DNA from: Lachnospiraceae bacterium
GTDB lineage: Bacteria; Bacillota; Clostridia; Lachnospirales; Lachnospiraceae
Assembly: GCA_045124055.1 (NCBI GenBank)
Contig: JBGVKZ010000009.1
Location: 5,049 to 69,048, forward strand
Length of the DNA: 64,000 bases
Direction: 5' to 3'
Within the stretch, counting starts at the first letter, position 1. Every line of letters starts with the position of its first letter. Below the pieces are notes generated by a model. It saw only the letters and a program-made list of their open reading frames with translations, did not search any database and was not told the origin of the DNA. Shown here piece after piece: positions 62,867 to 64,000 of the stretch. Made by a program: the position numbers and the translations under genes.

Positions 62867-63660
62867 ACGTACTTCCTGCCCCTGCCAGCATATAGCCACG
62901 GCGGCAGTAACCAAAATACCACCAAGCTTTTTACGGTATTGTCCAAAGCATCTATCCGGCTTTGGAATTCTCCATTAGTTTGAGTATATGTTGTATATTC
63001 GTAGTTGTCAATTTTATCCTTGTATGCCCGGACTTCTGTAAGAGTATGTAATACCATGTGTGCGATTTTAAGACCGAAATCGAGTCAGTTATCCATAATG
63101 AATTATTCTAGCTTTGCCTGTGAAATATGAAAGTCACACTTTCTTAAGATAACGCCAAAATAAGTAGGGGCAAAAATAGTGCAGACTAAAGGCTTTATGC
63201 CGTCAAAAGTGACATAGACAGAGAAACACCCATCGTGAGCGGTGTTGGAAAAAATGTGGTATGGCATAACTTTTTCTTTGACCAAGGAACTTTTTATTTC
63301 ACAAACATTGTGCTGTCTATTCTACTTTATTTTCGTTATAGATTATCATTAGATTATGTGAATGGATTGATTTTGAATGTTTCGATATCGTGTGTTGTCA
63401 AGAAGGAATGTCAATTATCTCAAAGTCACCATACAGGAAAAGGAATTAAACGAAGAATATGAAAAAACTTAATTTATCGGATGTACAAAGAAATATCATA
63501 ATGCAATGGATAGATGCTATCTATACACAAGAGGCTATTTATACAGTTGTTGCTTTTCGAATGGATATGCAATGCTGTTTTTCCTCGTTGATGCAGTTAA
63601 CAGGCTTATGGGAACAGACATAAATCAGCGGTATTTCATAACCTTTTAGGGTCTTAGAAT

Positions 63661-63761
63661 ACCGCTGATACTGTGTTTTGATTTAATTGTAAAAGATATT
63701 TTTTTCCCTTATACTCCTCTGGTAAGTGCCATTGTACTATGGGTGCTTGGGAGCGTTAAGG
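63661..63761. repeat. about 100-nt dispersed direct repeat, copy B
   Basis: Matches 62505-62604. The minus-strand hexamers are TTAACG-N17-TACAAT (63754-63759 / 63731-63736). Its first 11 nt form an inverted repeat with 63624-63634. Confidence 0.85.
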
Positions 63762-63770
63762 AGATTTCTA

Positions 63771-63968
63771 CTAATTTTCTACTAACTCCAAATCGTCTGG
63801 TAGCAGAGTACACTGTGCTTTGGGATTACCTTCTTCATCTAGTATTTCAACTTCATAGGCCTCTTGTGGTTCCTCAAATACCATAAGTATAGCACCGAGT
63901 TCACCTTTTTTTACACCTTCTTCACAATCTTTCATAATCTTAACTGTATCGTATTCCTTAAACTTCAT
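63771..63968 (-). CDS. DUF4926-type small protein
   Basis: MKFKEYDTVKIMKD...GELGAILMVFEEPQEAYEVEILDEEGNPKAQCTLLPDDLE matches the DUF4926 pattern as I recall it. An AAGGAGAG RBS lies upstream. Confidence 0.72.
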   Translation of the reverse strand: MKFKEYDTVKIMKDCEEGVKKGELGAILMVFEEPQEAYEVEILDEEGNPKAQCTLLPDDLELVEN

Positions 63969-64000
63969 AATCTCTCCTTGCTAATCTTTTACATAAATTG

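Noticed and set aside
63235-63623. Plus-strand ORFs 63235-63462 and 63459-63623 (ATGA overlap) in the cassette region
   Set aside because: They have no convincing RBS or recognisable family and lie in a decayed region. I mention them in a finding but do not call them as genes.
62505-63761. Considered whether the 100-nt repeats are integron attC sites following gene cassettes
   Set aside because: There are no R''/R' core sites (RYYYAAC / GTTRRRY) at the ends and no overall dyad symmetry between the two halves of the unit. No integrase is in the window.
1-64000. Scan for tRNA, rRNA, CRISPR arrays, reverse transcriptase/DGR, phage integrase or classic defence genes
   Set aside because: No cloverleaf-like GC-rich 70-90-nt segments, no regularly spaced direct repeats and no such protein families were seen in the ORF translations. 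Absence is by eye only and was not verified with tRNAscan, Infernal or CRISPR finders.

Overview
This is an AT-rich, gene-dense chromosomal segment. The protein repertoire suggests a spore-forming, probably motile member of the Clostridia, possibly Lachnospiraceae-like; that taxonomy is inference only. I call about 70 protein genes, most on the minus strand.

Core content:
- Arginine biosynthesis cluster: argC, a GNAT gene, argJ, argB and argD on the minus strand, with argG divergent.
- spoVA sporulation genes split over three separate loci, plus a Csp-type subtilisin germination protease.
- Housekeeping genes: ilvE, plsY, trxA, tcdA, an rRNA m5C methyltransferase, an ABC-F protein, a CarD-like regulator, RidA and DegV.
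- Many transporters: two half-size ABC exporters, several DMT/EamA proteins, NCS2, ZIP, AI-2E, BioY, TVP38 and MMPL.
- Glycoside hydrolases (GH3, GH53) and assorted regulators (OmpR, LytTR, LysR, TetR, XRE).

Accessory-looking parts:
- An intact tnpA-only IS200/IS605 element at about 56.9-57.7 kb, conspicuously GC-rich against the host background.
- An Rpn/YhgA-like nuclease gene.
- A TetR / MMPL / GLUG-repeat surface-protein operon.
- A decayed small-gene cassette region at the right edge, punctuated by a roughly 100-nt direct repeat.

I recognised no rRNA, tRNA or CRISPR array.

I see no clear-cut novel multi-gene system. The most unusual items are:
- a single ORF fusing three MshEN/T2SSE_N-type (c-di-GMP-binding-like) motifs to a CheX phosphatase core and a CheY receiver;
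- the translationally coupled MMPL-GLUG pair;
- the promoter-bearing 100-nt repeat;
- a terminator-like hairpin in the leader of the csp gene.

All coordinates of small motifs were hand-counted. All family assignments come from reading the translated ORFs, with no searches run.
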